A stretch of DNA of 63,621 nucleotides, counting the filler, from Octopus bimaculoides (taxonomy: Eukaryota): assembly GCF_001194135.2 (NCBI RefSeq). It is 5 parts of 4 records of this genome, joined end to end, with 100 filler letters (N's around TTAATTAATTAA, not from the genome) between each part and the next. Parts side by side here need not be neighbours in the genome. Positions count along the whole stretch, not along the records: positions 27,974 to 38,596 come from NC_068983.1; positions 38,697 to 60,719 come from NC_068984.1; 3 more parts are not named here. One strand, given 5' to 3'. The position numbers were made by a program, and so were the translations under genes. Shown piece after piece: positions 36,245 to 50,109 of this stretch (the stretch's first letter is position 1; the number at the start of each line of letters is the position of its first letter). The notes under the pieces are model-generated. The model saw only the letters and a program-made list of their open reading frames with translations. It made no database searches and had not been told where the DNA came from.

Positions 36245-37712
36245 AAATTGCGCATCAGAAGAATCATTCTGCATGTAATCAAGCTGTGTGCATTGCACTT
36301 ACAGAAACACATCTGTCTGTAGACATAAATGATGCGGAGATACACATACCAATGTATTCTATCTTCCGTACAGTCAGAAGAAAAGGAAGTCACGGTGGAG
36401 TTGCAATGTACATCCGCGAAGATGTCCCACCATTAACCTGTTATCGGACTCGAACTCGGTGTGTGACACACTCATAGTACATCTACAGCAACTTAATATA
36501 GTGATATGCACACTATATCACCCACCTGATGCCTCAAATTATGATGGAAAATTCGAGGAAAGCCTCAATGCGATAAAGGAAGTACTAACACAATTAGATC
36601 AACGTACTACTGTATTCCTGATGGGTGACTTCAACTTCCCCATCATCAGGTGGTCTGAGGGCAACATAACCCCAGGAATGACTCACAAAGAGCGAGACCA
36701 AGCAGAATCTCTACTTGATCTTACGAAAATGCTATTCATGGAGCAGATCACACTCTCTCCAACCAGGCAGAAAAATATCCTGGACCTCTGTTTTCCAAAC
36801 AATGTGGAAATTATCCACAACGTAAATATATCACCGACAATATTCTCAGACCATAACATGATAGAACTGACAATGTATGGCCCGGAATTAACTAAAGATG
36901 AACTCTGCATAGATGGCGCTCAAACCCTATCCAGCTTAAATTTCTATGAGGCTGAATGGAAGTCAGTTGAGAACGGATACTCCAGTTGGACTGGCCTAAA
37001 AGCCTTTCTATGCAAGGCATAGATATGAAACTCAATAAACTCATGTCAATAATGCGAGCCATATGCATTAAATATGTCCCAGAGAAGAGAGCCAATATAC
37101 ACAAAAACATCATTCCCCGAGACAGGAGAATATTCATGCGGCGGAGAATAAAGATCTCGAATCGTTTAAATAAACACTTTAATGACAGAGTGAAATCCCA
37201 CCTAACAGAGGAACTCTTCGGGATTAAAAATAAACTCAAAATCTACCATGAAAAAAGAAAGAGAAGAAAGAGAAACCTGCGCAGCCGAAAATATTTAAAA
37301 AAATCCTAAAACCTTCTACACGTTGGCAAAGGAGTTTGCCTCAGTACGCCATGAAATAGGGCCACTATTTGATAAAAACGGTTCACTAACTGCAGACCCG
37401 GGGAAGATAAGTGAAGCACTAAATAAACAATTCCGAAGTGTTTTCTCTTCTCCACTGTAAAATATGCAAATAAACAAGCCTGGGGAACTTTTCAATGCAA
37501 CGAATCTAATTGGAAAAGAGGCAGCCATCGATAACATCAACATAACAGAAGAGAATGTAATATCAGCCATTGATGAGACGAAATCAAACTAAGCAACGGG
37601 CCCAGGTGGACTCCCGGCTGTTCTCTTAAAGACATGTAAAAAGGCTCTTGAAAAGCCTCTGCAGATACTCTTTCAGAGTTTTCTTGCATGTGGTAAACTT
37701 CCCAACACACAT
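36245..37712 (+). mobile_element. CR1-clade LINE ORF2 fragment (APE endonuclease plus linker), decayed
   Basis: [42 protein letters not shown] and P(G)GLPAVLLK motifs across frameshifts. Confidence 0.9.
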
Positions 37713-38320
37713 ATGCCAGTTATAGGGTCAATGACAACGTTTCGGAACTAGTCTTTCCTCAGATAGTGGAGGAAGTCGAGTAGAGATTGGAGAGAGAAAG
37801 AAGAGAAGAGAAGATGAAAAAGAAGAAAGCCGGGGGAAAAAAACGCACGTGTGTGTTTGTTTCATAAGTTTGACCTCCATAGAGATGGCGAGAAAGAACG
37901 ATAATACGCAAAATATATTTATCTGTGATTGCATATATGTGTGTCTGTGTGTATGTGTGAGCGCGCGTGTGCGTGCATTGATTGCTTGAAATCGATTCGG
38001 TGAAATCCAAGACGGTTCTGATATTATCAATAAATTCTCGTAGAATACATACATCACCACCACACCCACATGTCACCGTATATCGTCACGCTGTGTTGTT
38101 CCGCCTTTATGATACTCACTCACACACACACACACACACACACGCATATATACATATCCATGTCAGTGTGCGTGTGTGTGCGTGTGGTACAGAACTGCTT
38201 TGTATTTCCTTATCACACAATTTATTTCTCCAATGTCATGTCTTCTTTTGTCTGTCTTCATGTTCCTCTCTCATTCTCTCTCTCTCTCTCCCTCTCTCAT
38301 ATACGGACACACCCTAGCTT

Positions 38321-38389
<69 letters not shown>

Positions 38390-38427
38390 TTGTCTGTCTG
38401 TTTGTTTATTTCTGTTTGCGTGTGTAA

Positions 38428-38473
<46 letters not shown>

Positions 38474-38845
38474 GTATATATGTATATGTATATATGTGTA
38501 TGTGTGAATATATATATGAATATGTGTGTCTATGTATATATATGTATATATGTATGTGTATATATATCTATATATGAATATATATAGATATACATGNNNN
38601 NNNNNNNNNNNNNNNNNNNNNNNNNNNNNNNNNNNNNNNNTTAATTAATTAANNNNNNNNNNNNNNNNNNNNNNNNNNNNNNNNNNNNNNNNNNNNAAAC
38701 ATTCACTTGAACAAAACTGTACAAATCCAAATATATGGTACCCTAGGGATAACACCTACATGAACTTCTAACTTGTTGTCTCTTGAGGTTTCTGGGTGAG
38801 ACTTGGATCCAACTTGTACAAATGCAAAACAAAAGTCAAACATAA

Positions 38846-38882
<37 letters not shown>

Positions 38883-38885
<3 letters not shown>

Positions 38886-39309
38886 GAAGAGTACCATTAT
38901 TATCAAATGAACGATATTTCGACATCTTGTGTATCTTCCACAGGTTCAAAAAATAAACTTGTCAATCTACTTCATTTTGGTTAAAATTTATAGGACTGAG
39001 GTAACTCCTCCAGAAGATATAGAAGCAAAAATAGAAGAGTGCCATTGTTATCAAGTGAACGATATTTCGACATCTCGTGTGTCTTCCACAGGTTCAAAAA
39101 ATAGACTTCTATATCTTCTGGAGGAGTTACTTCAGTCCTATAAATATTGACCAAAATGAAGTAGATTGACAAGTTTATTTTTTGAACCTGTGGAAGATAC
39201 ACGAGATGTCGAAATATCGTTCACTTGATAACAATGGCACTCTTCTATTTTTGCTTCTATATCTTCTGGAGGAGTTACTTCAGTCCTATAAATATTGACC
39301 AAAATGAAG
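38883..39309. repeat. 148-bp tandem repeat that switches orientation at ~39104
   Basis: atagaagag at 38883 and 39031 (period 148); reverse-complement units cttctatatcttctgg at 39106 and 39254 (period 148). Confidence 0.85.
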
Positions 39310-39319
39310 NNNNNNNNNN

Positions 39320-39358
<39 letters not shown>

Positions 39359-39418
39359 TATAATAATTATAATAATAATAATAATTATTATTATTATTAT
39401 TATTATTATCATTATAAT

Positions 39419-39471
<53 letters not shown>

Positions 39472-39493
39472 TTATTATTATTATTATTATTAT

Positions 39494-39537
<44 letters not shown>

Positions 39538-39726
39538 TTCTGTCTGATTTGTATCACGTGCTTTCACTGTGCCTTGGTTATGCTGTGGTCTGTTGTGATG
39601 TTCTCATTTTCACTGTATTGAAAGTGTTTTGCGTAGGATGTATGCGGCGCCTAATAGGGCTATTTTCTATGTTATATACATATATATACTTGTAAGTCCT
39701 GGTATTTTTGTTGCGTATTTTTCTGA

Positions 39727-41369
39727 ATGTTTTTTTTTATCATACGTAATGCGCCTACTATTATAGGAGTTGTTTCTGTTTTTAGGCTCCACATTCGAGT
39801 TACCTGTATTTCGCATAAAGAGAGGAAACTTAAATTTCCTACTTCGGCAGAAATTGAAAAATTCCTTGAAGATGTGTGGCCCTCAGTGCTACACATACAG
39901 AAAGATAAACAATATGAGATGGTCACTGCTATATGCAGCAGTGAGCAAGAATCCAGAAGAATGGCTACTATAACATGCACGTCCCGGGCTTTTGTAACGA
40001 TTCCCCATTATATGGGTAAAAGGTTGACTCGAATTCGCATCAAGAACGTGCCGCGTCACCGTGATCCGGCGAGGGTTTTAGCCATTCTGGAAGAGCATGG
40101 GGAGATTGTGGAGGTGATGTCCACCTCACAACTCAACAGGACTGGAATTCTTATGAAATTTCAGATACTAGTTTCTCCAGAAGAAATAAATCACATTCCC
40201 GATCTTTACTATTTTAGAGAATGCGAACAGATGCCAGTTTCTATAGAAGGAAAAAACAGAAGCGTTTTGTGGGGGCGGCGGAATACAAACCACCTCAAAG
40301 CTTTTCGCCCCGCGGTGGAGAAAGCACACACGAAGATCTCCACCGTTGCTACCAACTCCTCAATGTGGGTGAAAAACTATTACCTCACATCTGCCACCTT
40401 CCTCTGACTCAGGTCTCGCAAAAGCAAAGTCCTCATTGATTTCGTACCAAAAGGCTTTTGTCGGAGATAAGAGAAAACTGAACATGAACCAAAACAGAGA
40501 CGGCCCAAACTGAAGGCCCTATCACAATACCGATTTAAAGACAAATCAACGCAAACATCAACATCTTCATCACAAGACAACCCATTTTACAAACACATTC
40601 ACAATCACATAAAAAACGATAACAAGAAGAAACACCCGAAAAACAAAATGACCAGCAGTCACACTCTCGGGTACATGCCTCTTTCATCAATTTCATTGTT
40701 GTTCAGCAGAGCAGCATTGAATTGATTGAGGAAGTAGTTAACAAAAAACAGAGAAGGTTTTGGGGAACTCCTCCTGAAAACTCCACCGGACAGGATGTTA
40801 ATCTAAACAGATACGGATATGTATCTTGATTTGAAAGAGAAATTCCTCCCAGGACATTGGAGAGCTTAGTAAGTACCCCCCCCCCCCAAAAAAAAAACTT
40901 ACGAGAAAAACCCTTCCCCGCTAACCCCTCGACCAAATAGAAGACTGTATCCGTAGTCATCCCTGGAGACCAAAGTACGTAATTCCATTTTCTTTCCTCT
41001 AAGTTAATTGACTATACTTAGAGTTGGCTGTATAAATGTTCGGGGCCTGGGTTCGGCTTGGAAGCAGGGACACCTGCTCAACGATCTCAGGTCTCTAAAT
41101 TTAGATGTGATAGCGATAAGTGATAGGAGAATTTCCAGGAAACATGTTCTCGCAACCATTTTCGAAGCCTACGAGATATTCTCATCCTGTGGTCTGTCGG
41201 GAGCGGGCGTCGGTGTGGAAGTGTTGTTCTGAAAATCTTTAGGTCTCAAAGTAAGGGCAATCTTCTCGGACTTGGACGTTAGGTTGGTGGTCCTAGATGT
41301 GAATGGCGGTGAAGGTAGTACCTAAATATATGACTTCACAGGCTAACAGCCATAATAATAATAATAATA

Positions 41370-41404
<35 letters not shown>

Positions 41405-41415
41405 GTCAAACATAA

Positions 41416-41453
<38 letters not shown>

Positions 41454-41620
41454 AAGTAACTGCAGAATATGTGATGATGGGGAAGAAACAATAAATCATA
41501 TTGTCTCTGGTTGCCCAGTCCTGGCTAAGAAAGATTGGTGGCCAAAGAAGTTGGAGAGGGCTCTCGTCTTTGGTATTCAGGGTGATCTTGGATGATGGGA
41601 TTCCTTGATTATCCCTAGAG
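39727..41620 (+). mobile_element. Tx1/L1-clade retrotransposon 5' portion (ORF1 RRM-like plus decayed zinc knuckle; ORF2 APE start)
   Basis: ORF1: RLTRIRIKNVP..LEEHGEIVEV..VSIEG..WG..NTNHLKAF.P. ORF2: LRVGCINVRGL..LDVIAISD..GVGVEVLF. Confidence 0.8.
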
Positions 41621-41824
41621 GTCTTCCTATATCAGGGGGATCCCATCACAATCATTTTTTCTAGTGTCATATACTATGTATACTTCCCTTCTTCTAATGT
41701 ATGCCGTGTATACATTTTATTTTATCATTCTATATGTAAACCCTCACACTTTATGTCTGTCTTTGTTTTGTCCCCCCTCATCCTTCGCCCTAGTGGCAAA
41801 TAAAAGAAATCATTGTTGTTGTTG

Positions 41825-41891
<67 letters not shown>

Positions 41892-42100
41892 GGTAAGTTG
41901 TTATAAACGTTAGCACGCCGGGATAAAATGCTTAGTGGCATTTCGTCTGCCGCTACGTTGTGAGCTCAAATTCCGCCGAGGTCAACTTTGCCTTTCATCC
42001 TTTCGGGGTCAATAAATTAAGTACCACTGAAACACTGGGGTCGATGTAATCGGCTATCCCCCTCTCCCAAATGTCAGGCCTTGTGCCTAAAGTAGAAAGG

Positions 42101-45100
42101 ATTATTATTTGTTGTTAACTCAGGTTTTGTTGGAACTCCTGGTGTCTTGCATGCTTTGCTGGCTTGCTGCTTGAGCTTACGGTACCATGCTATCTGTTTT
42201 ATTCAACTATCTAATACTTTTCCGATTATTCTGGCCGTGCCAAGGAGACAAACCTTTCGTAACAGTTCTTCTGGCCACTCTATTCCGATTTCCCTTATAT
42301 TCCTCTTGATACCCTCTGATACTGTCCCAAAGGACCCAACAATAATTAGCACTGTCTTCACCTTCATTTTTCACAGCCAGGCTATTTCGTACCTTGCCTA
42401 CCACTAGGTCCGGTTTGTTACGCTCTGGCACCTGATCTGTTTGGAACTTGCACGTCTCCGACTCCGCCACTTTCTGCGGTTTGTGCTCATATCACGTCTT
42501 GTTTCTCTATAGAGCCCACTTTTCGCAGTTTCCAATGTAGCACTTTTGCTACCTCGTCGTGTCGCCACAACTTGTAATGGTTTTGAGGAACTCTAGGACA
42601 TTCCTTCACGATACGGGCAATGATTTAGCCCACTCTCCTACAGCTGTGGCACAGTGAAGACACTTACTCATTCCTCAGGTTGAGCATCCAATTTGTGGCC
42701 AAAGCTTGGTCTTGCGCTGCCATTAATTGTGCTCTCAGTCTCTTTCTTCAGTGCTCCTTTCTTCAGCCAGTCCCACCTATGTTTTCCAGCAACTTCTGTT
42801 GTGGCTACATGGAATTGATTGTGTAGTTTTTTGTTGTATAACGCTTCTTCATGTCCTTCTTGTATTTCTTACTTTGTTTTGCTCTATTTTTCTGTTTTCA
42901 GTACTCCCTCATTCCTAACTGACACTATCAAGGTTTCCTTACTTTGGAATAGGTATCTCAGTAAGCTCCCGAGTTCGATACATACGCAGTCTTCCATACT
43001 TATCAGTCTCCTTCCACCATTTTCTCGGTTCATGTATAGGTGATCAGTGTCTGCCCGTGGATGATGGGCTCCTTGCATCGTTAGAAGCTTTCTTGTCTTC
43101 CTGTCCAACTCCTTTATCCCCTTCTCTATCCAGTTCAGAATTCCAGCGCCATACCGAACTGTTGCTACTGCGCGCGAGTTTATTGCCGAAATTATGTTTC
43201 TGGCATTCAGCTTTGGAACCAATATTTTTCTCATTCACCTCAGATACTTCTTCTTTGTCTTTTCTTTCATATCGCTGTGTTTAATTTCATCTGTCTCATA
43301 TATTCCCAGGTATTTATATCCAGATTCAGATTCAATTGCCTTCATCATTTCACCACTTGGCATACATATGCTTTCTGTCCTGACAAGCTTTCCTCGTCTC
43401 ATCACCATCGTCGCACATTTGGAGAGTCCAAACTCCATAATATCATTCGAAAATCCGCACAGACTGGACTAGACTGTCCAGTTTTGCCTCACTTTTTCTG
43501 AACACCTTCAAGTTATCCATGAATAGCAGGTGGTTCAGTTTTCCCTTGCCGCTTCCCAAATCATACCCCAACTTTTTCTTGTGCAGTATTTCACTCAAGG
43601 GTATCATTCCCAGCAGAAAGATCAGTGGGGATACACTGTTCTCCTGAAAGATTCCTCTCTTGATTTCCTGCTGTCAATTCAGTTCTCAAATATTTCATAT
43701 TGTTCCATATAAGGCTTCTCATATTTTCTGTTAAACCATACATTTCCATGGTTCATGTCATCATCCAAGAGTGTGGTATAATATCTTAGGCTTTACGATA
43801 ATCAGTCCATGCCATGCTCAGGTTTGTGTGACCTCGCTTGCAGTTTCTGATAATTAGATTATCAATTAACAACTGATCTTTCGTCCCCCCGCTCCTCTTT
43901 CTGCACCTTTTCTATTCAATAGGTAGCGCAGTTCACGTTTTTCTAAATATCTACAAATTCACCGGCCAAAGTACCGGTCAATAGTTTCCACATTAGCAGA
44001 AGACACGTTATTGGTCGAAAGTTGAATACAATATTACCCTTTCAGGATCCTTGGCAGATCTGGGTACTGCGCCTTCCTACAAGCACTCATCTAGACGTTG
44101 CACTATCCTTCCATGGAGCCCTCTCAGCTTCTTCATCCAATACTTTGACTCCATCCGGTCGTGGTATCTTTCAATTTGGGATTTTCCTTAGCTGTTTTTT
44201 TTTTATCATTCCTCTAATTATTTTTATGTTACCTTGGCCTTCTATATTTCTTAACTTATCTTGGATTTCGTGCAGCCACTCCACTTCATCATTATGCATT
44301 ACAATTTGGTCCCAGATCCCTCCCCAGACTGCCCTGCTTTTGTCTGCATCTGATATCAATGTTACGTGTAATTGCCCATCTAGTTTCTGAAACGGTTTTT
44401 TTTTTTGTTTTTTTTGTTTGTTTTTTTGTTTGTCTGATTGCCTTCAAACAATCTGTTCTGCCTTAACTACTCTGTTCTGCTGTCATACCTTTCCAGTTTT
44501 GCCTTGATTGCTACTACTCTTTGCCTCAGTTCTGCCAACATCATATCATACCCTTTATCTCTTATTCCACATGTTCCTTCCAGTTTTATTCTTATGTTTT
44601 CATTCTGCAATTCCCCTCTTCTCGGTTTATCAATTTGTCCTAAATGTCTTTTTAGCTTTGTTTCTCATAAGTCCTCACAAAACGCCAGTATGGCTCTTTA
44701 CGTTTCTGTTTGTTCTCTCTCTCTCTCTCTCTTTTTTTTTATCTAACTCTAGTTGCAGCCTAAATAGTCTTGGTTTCAGTTATATTTGCCGTCTAGACAG
44801 AATCTATCCTTTCGGTTTCAGCTTCTAGCTTGCGCCGATCAAAAACTGGGAGTGGTGGGGTTGATCCCGGTCGTCTAATATATCGGCACGTCATCCTCGC
44901 CATGTCTTATTAATAATCATCGTATTCTTGTGATATAGCTCTTCCCATTACTTCTGTTTCATTTGCTGACTGCATTTACATTTACACCCTGCCCTACGTC
45001 TTCACTGCCACCATTTCTTTCTCTGTACTCTCTAGGTACGTTATCTGCTGGTAAAATTTTATCACTGTTTTCTATTTTCCTTTATATTTCTTCAATTTCC

Positions 45101-45110
45101 ATGTCTGTTA
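42101..45110 (-). mobile_element. R4/Dong-like non-LTR retrotransposon (RT, CCHC, RLE), decayed
   Basis: HLLFMDNLK, MEFGLSKCA, YKYLGI, INSRAVATVRYGAG, LY..RENGGR.L, RHDEVAKVLHW and QTD..NKPDLVV motifs; (AAT) tail at ~42101. Confidence 0.88.
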
Positions 45111-45408
45111 ACATCATCATCATCATCATCATCCTTATTATTACTTTTGCGGGTCTAAACAGTCATACTGTCATAGTTTTATACAAATGTAGTTTTTATG
45201 GGGCGAGTGCACTGGTACAGGCATGCGATGCATATGAAGGTCGACAGTTGGGCAAAGACGGGTTTAATGCTCTAAGCACATGAAGCCTATGAAGGTGGAA
45301 AGACCTTGAAGGTTTGGGATGGAGTGCCGAACATTATGTAGGAGGGGACAAAGGGATTGTAATAAGAGATGAAATTCTCTGCTGGAAAAGACCTGATCCA
45401 TATACATA

Positions 45409-45623
45409 CGAGGGGATACGGAAAAGTTCCTGGCTTTGGGTAGAAAAAAATACAAGTGGATTAGTTAGTCATGATTTCATTCAGCATATTCCCCTCTCAG
45501 ATTCACATGCTTATTACAGCGGTCCTTCGGATTTTGTAAACCCTGTAAAAGAACTCGAAAGGTTTGGCCTCAAACAAGTCTTTCGCGATACCCTTAAAAC
45601 CAGGAACTTTCAGCATTCCATCA
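45409..45623. mobile_element. Mariner-type MITE, ~215 bp
   Basis: TA|CGAGGGGATACGGAAAAGTTCCTGG ... CCAGGAACTTTCAGCATTCCATCA|TA. Confidence 0.7.
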
Positions 45624-45789
45624 TACGTACATACATACATACATACATACATAAATACATACATACATACATACATACATACATACATAATGGAGAGAAG
45701 AGTGTTGTGGTGGGAGCGGGTGCCAAGTACTATCGGCCTTTGCTTTTCCGTAGATAACATCGATGGCGTGAAGAGAGGAGGCTGGTATG

Positions 45790-46260
45790 CATGGGCGACT
45801 GTTGGTGAAAAAGAGCACAGCTATGCTGAACTATCGAGAAATCTACAGTTACTCTATCCAGATTACAAGTTCAGGTTTATACCTGTGATTATTGGGGCTC
45901 TGGGATATGTAACACATTCCCTAAATACCAATCTTGAGAAATTAGGCTTCTCAAAACCAGAAAGGAGAAAGCTAATTCGAAGACTGCAGATTCAATCCAT
46001 CACTGGAACTGTAAAAATCTGTAAAACTTTCCAGAAGTTTATCATTTAAATATATTTGAGCATGTCTAGATATGCAACTATATGCATGAAAATACATACA
46101 TAAAACATACAAATCTGCACATACATACATACATACATACATACATACAAAAATACCCTATTGTTGATGTTGAATTGGCAATGGAGGAGCCTTGGATCTA
46201 GGTTAGAAACCAGTTCTTTTTCTATTGGCAAGAAATCTTGAAATAAACTGAATAATGACA
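45790..46260 (+). mobile_element. R4-like RLE LINE family B, 3' end with UTR
   Basis: YAELSRNLQLLYPDYKFRFIPVIIGALG...KFII*, then a UTR ending aataaactgaataatg followed by (CATA)n. Confidence 0.8.
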
Positions 46261-46574
46261 TACATGCATACATACATACATACAAATCATCGTCCTGGGT
46301 TCTCCTGTCACAGACGAAAGATAAATATTCTGCCATTTCTTGCTGAACAGTTTACACAGATTTGTTGACAGAGATCAAATGTTTGTGCTGTTCGTTAGTA
46401 CACTCCATCAAATTGACATTGCCTGTACAGGTGCACGGTATGAAGATACATTCCTCTTTCCTTTTCTACAAGTCTCTAAAGCACGTAAAGGATCATGGGT
46501 TCTACCTTACTTATATATGTATGTGTGTGTGAGAGAGTGAGAAAGAGAGAGAGAGGGAGATAAAGAGATAAAGA

Positions 46575-46785
46575 GAGAGAGGGGGAGGTGCAAGGCCAAG
46601 TGGTCAGGGTGTTGAACTTACTATCGCAAGATCATAGATTCAATTCTTGGACCGAATAGTGAGTTGTGTTCTCGAGCAAAACATTTCATCTTATATTGTT
46701 CTACAATCACTTCGACACACTTGATGCGTGGTACACCGTGCATCTGCTCAGGCAGCGTCGATTCAATGGAATGAGTGAACGAATG
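46575..46785 (+). mobile_element. tRNA-derived SINE (further family)
   Basis: A-box-like aggccaagtggtcagg, B-box-like gattcaattc, and a gtgttctcgagcaaaaca motif. Confidence 0.5.
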
Positions 46786-46809
46786 TACACCACAAACGTC
46801 TGATTATTA

Positions 46810-46859
<50 letters not shown>

Positions 46860-46860
<1 letters not shown>

Positions 46861-47465
46861 TAGCATCTAAGCCCGGTTTCACCCTGTCAGAGAATGAAGA
46901 GAGAAACGAAGATAAAAAAGAGGAAGAAGTGGATACGAAGTGGTGTTTGGGCGACGGATCTTGGTAGAAAAACAAGAATGTCATGGTGAGTTAGTAAGGA
47001 GAGCAATGCAAGACTGGACTTACGTGGGCTGGCAGGTCGATGAAAAAATTGCGGAGTTGAAATTAGAGCATTTGAAGTTGCCGTTGTTATCATTGGAGTG
47101 CCTCTTGGTGGACAATATTCTTCGTCCTTCCCTCGGGTGCACAAATAGAAAGACCATGGGAACAGCCAGCGTACAGTTGTGCGTGTGAGAATACTTGCTC
47201 TGTCAGATTCAAACCAACCGCTTGCACTGATTGTCCCTGCACCTTGTTGATTGTCATGGGAAAGCAGAGTTTGATGGGAAATTGCATCTATTTAAACTTG
47301 TAGGTCGTGTCGGAGTGGGTAAGGGACATGGGAGTTAGTATGTCTTAGCCAGCGGCCGGTTTATTCAAGATCGTTGCCTACAGAACTCGGGAGCACAAGT
47401 TTTTGATAATTATCCGCGTACCATTGCACATTATTGGAGCATCTAAATTCCTTAGCAGCATGATT
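46860..47465 (-). mobile_element. Helitron 3' fragment (PIF1 helicase C-terminus and 3' terminus)
   Basis: MLLRNLDAP.MCNGTR and QFPIKLCFPMTINKVQGQS..GLNL..VFSHAQLY..KNIVHQEAL. The minus strand ends ..agggtgaaaccggg..atgCTAG|T at 46860. Confidence 0.85.
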
Positions 47466-48247
47466 GACGCGCCAACTTTCAGATGCAGTTCGTGAGCTGG
47501 TAGTTCTGTGGGTCCCCCTTTTGTCAGATTTGTCATGGGGCGGCCGGTCTATCTCAGATACATGGGAAGCTGGATTAAAGTTTTCATCAACACAGGGGAG
47601 CCGAAATAAATTTTTTCAATGTCCAAGGGAAGCCAAATCGCGAAAAAGGTTGAGAAATGCTGATCTATAACGATGGTTTTTATTTAGGCACATCGTAAAA
47701 GTAATTATAATGAATTGCTTAATATTAAAAAAAGTATGTTTTTTCAAGCAAATACAGTNNNNNNNNNNNNNNNNNNNNNNNNNNNNNNNNNNNNNNNNNN
47801 NNNNNNNNNNNNNNNNNNNNNNNNNNNNNNNNNNNNNNNNNNNNNNNNNNNNNNNNNNNNNNNNNNNNNNNNNNNNNNNNNNNNNNNNNNNNNNNNNNNN
47901 NNNNNNNNNNNNNNNNNNNNNNNNNNNNNNNNNNNNNNNNNNNNNNNNNNNNNNNNNNNNNNNNNNNNNNNNNNNNNNNNNNNNNNNNNNNNNNNNNNNN
48001 NNNNNNNNNNNNNNNNNNNNNNNNNNNNNNNNNNNNNNNNNNNNNNNNNNNNNNNNNNNNNNNNNNNNNNNNNNNNNNNNNNNNNNNNNNNNNNNNNNNN
48101 NNNNNNNNNNNNNNNNNNNNNNNNNNNNNNNNNNNNNNNNNNNNNNNNNNNNNNNNNNNNNNNNNNNNNNNNNNNNNNNNNNNNNNNNNNNNNNNNNNNN
48201 NNNNNNNNNNNNNNNNNNNNNNNNNNNNNNNNNNNNCCAATGTGGGG

Positions 48248-50109
48248 CAGCCACGTAGCCAGCCGATTGCAACTGGGGGTGCTTTCTTGATAGCTGGGGA
48301 TGCTCCTAGTTAGAGTGTGAAAGTGGATAAAAGCCCCGTGCTTATATTTTTCGGTTATTTTTTCCTTTTTTTTCTTTCACATTCCTTGACGCTTAACCAG
48401 GTCAAACTTCTGATATATTTCGTTTTTATTTTCATTTTACTTGTTGCAATCATTAAATTGAGGCCTAGTCGAATGTATCGACTCCAATATTTTTTTTAAT
48501 GATTTTCAACAAGCACATAGTTAAGCCTAAAAGGTCTTTCCACATGCTACAGATAACAACCAAATCTTTAAACATTATTTTTATATTATTTCAAATAAAC
48601 ATCAACCACGAGGCTGACAGTGTGTCTTCTCAACAATTCAATGATTTCGTTTCGCATTGCTGCTAAGGTGCAGGTCCCATTTTTTGGAATTGTGCTCTAA
48701 CATTCCATTAGTTTTGAGTCTTTCTCTAGTGTGTACTTGAATAATTTCATAAAAAGACTACAAGGCTGCGTGTCATCTTCCGAATAAAGATCCTGAAAAG
48801 CTTCATTTTCGTTTCCTCGAAACGTTTGCACAAAGAAAATGAACAATATCAACAATGGAACTGATATAATAACGGTTTTTGCTCAACTGATCATTTTGCA
48901 AGATTGAAGACACGGATGTTGTTGTGGATAAACGCTGTTGGCGTTCCTTCCATGTTACCATACCTTGGATATGGGATGCAGAGATTGCGTGCTTATTTAA
49001 ACCTTTGTTTTTCTTTCTTTCGCATGACGCCAATTAGAATATCCATTTTTAATAAATCAAGTATCAGCTTGAGCAGAAGTAATAAAGTGCAGAAGTAATG
49101 AAGTGCAGAAGTATCAAAGTGCTAACCATAAACGACCAGTATACCAGCTTGACGAGAAGTCACGTCTCTGATTTCCATAAATTTTTGGATCAAACGTTGC
49201 TAGAACTGGCTGCACTGGTTGGCAGTCGACCTGTCCTAGATCATCCAATGAGGGTGTCAAAGACTTTGCAAGACCTCCCTTGAGCTGTGAAACTTCGTTT
49301 GCAATTCTCTTTAGCATTATTAGGTGAATCAGATTGGAAATTCAGCAATGATTGCTTCAGTTCTCTTTTTCGGTTGTGATTCATTATTTTTGGGCACTGA
49401 TATTTGCAATAATGAATTCTATGCTTTTTTAGTTAAACACAAAATAATTTCAGTATAAACTTTGTTCAAAGAGTAAGGAAATTTATCCAGTGTAAGTTCC
49501 CAGCTGAAAAATCCTTTCTGAATGTATATTTTGGGAAATTTCAAAAATTTTCTTTCCTTTTCCGCAAATAATAATCCTCTCTGACTAGAAATAAAATGAC
49601 TTTTTAATGTCCGTCTCTGTTCACATATATACGTGTGTAGGGATGCGTTTACTACCATAAATCTCTAACTACAGCAACAATTCTTCACATACTTTTCAAC
49701 AGCAACAACGACAATCACCAGCACCACTGTCGCCGTCGCCACCACGATCACCACCACCACCACAATGACAACAACTGACCCAGCGTCAGCCACTCCTTAA
49801 TTCAACCCACAGTTGATGACCGGGTCAGCAGCCAATTCTGCGGCAACAATTACAGCTACAACAAACACTTTGGACCAGCTCTAATTTAACTACGTTTTTA
49901 TATCACTAAATCACTACTAAATCAAAAATTCAATTTATTGCATCTTTAACGACTTCAGATATTGCTTATGAGAAAAAAGAAGGCGGCGACAATGTATTAT
50001 TTCAAAAGTGGATAAAACAAATTCTCATACTGGGGTGGGGATGGGGTTGAGATTCTAACTGGGGGTGCTGAGCACCCCATAGTCCCCACCCCCCATGGCT
50101 ACGTGCCTG
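48248..50109 (-). mobile_element. hAT (Tip100/ZMYM1-like) internally deleted transposon, 1.86 kb
   Basis: TIRs CAGCCACGTAGCCA / TGGCTACGTGCCTG; perfect 8-bp TSD ATGTGGGG. Minus-strand transposase remnant at ~48550-49320 (PSLDDLG..RDFSSSWY..NGYSNWRHA..GLNKHAIS.SH..KNRYYISSIVDIVHFL). Confidence 0.88.

Noticed and set aside
38883-39309. CRISPR-like or other regularly spaced array
   Set aside because: Eukaryotic context; whole units repeat with no unique spacers.
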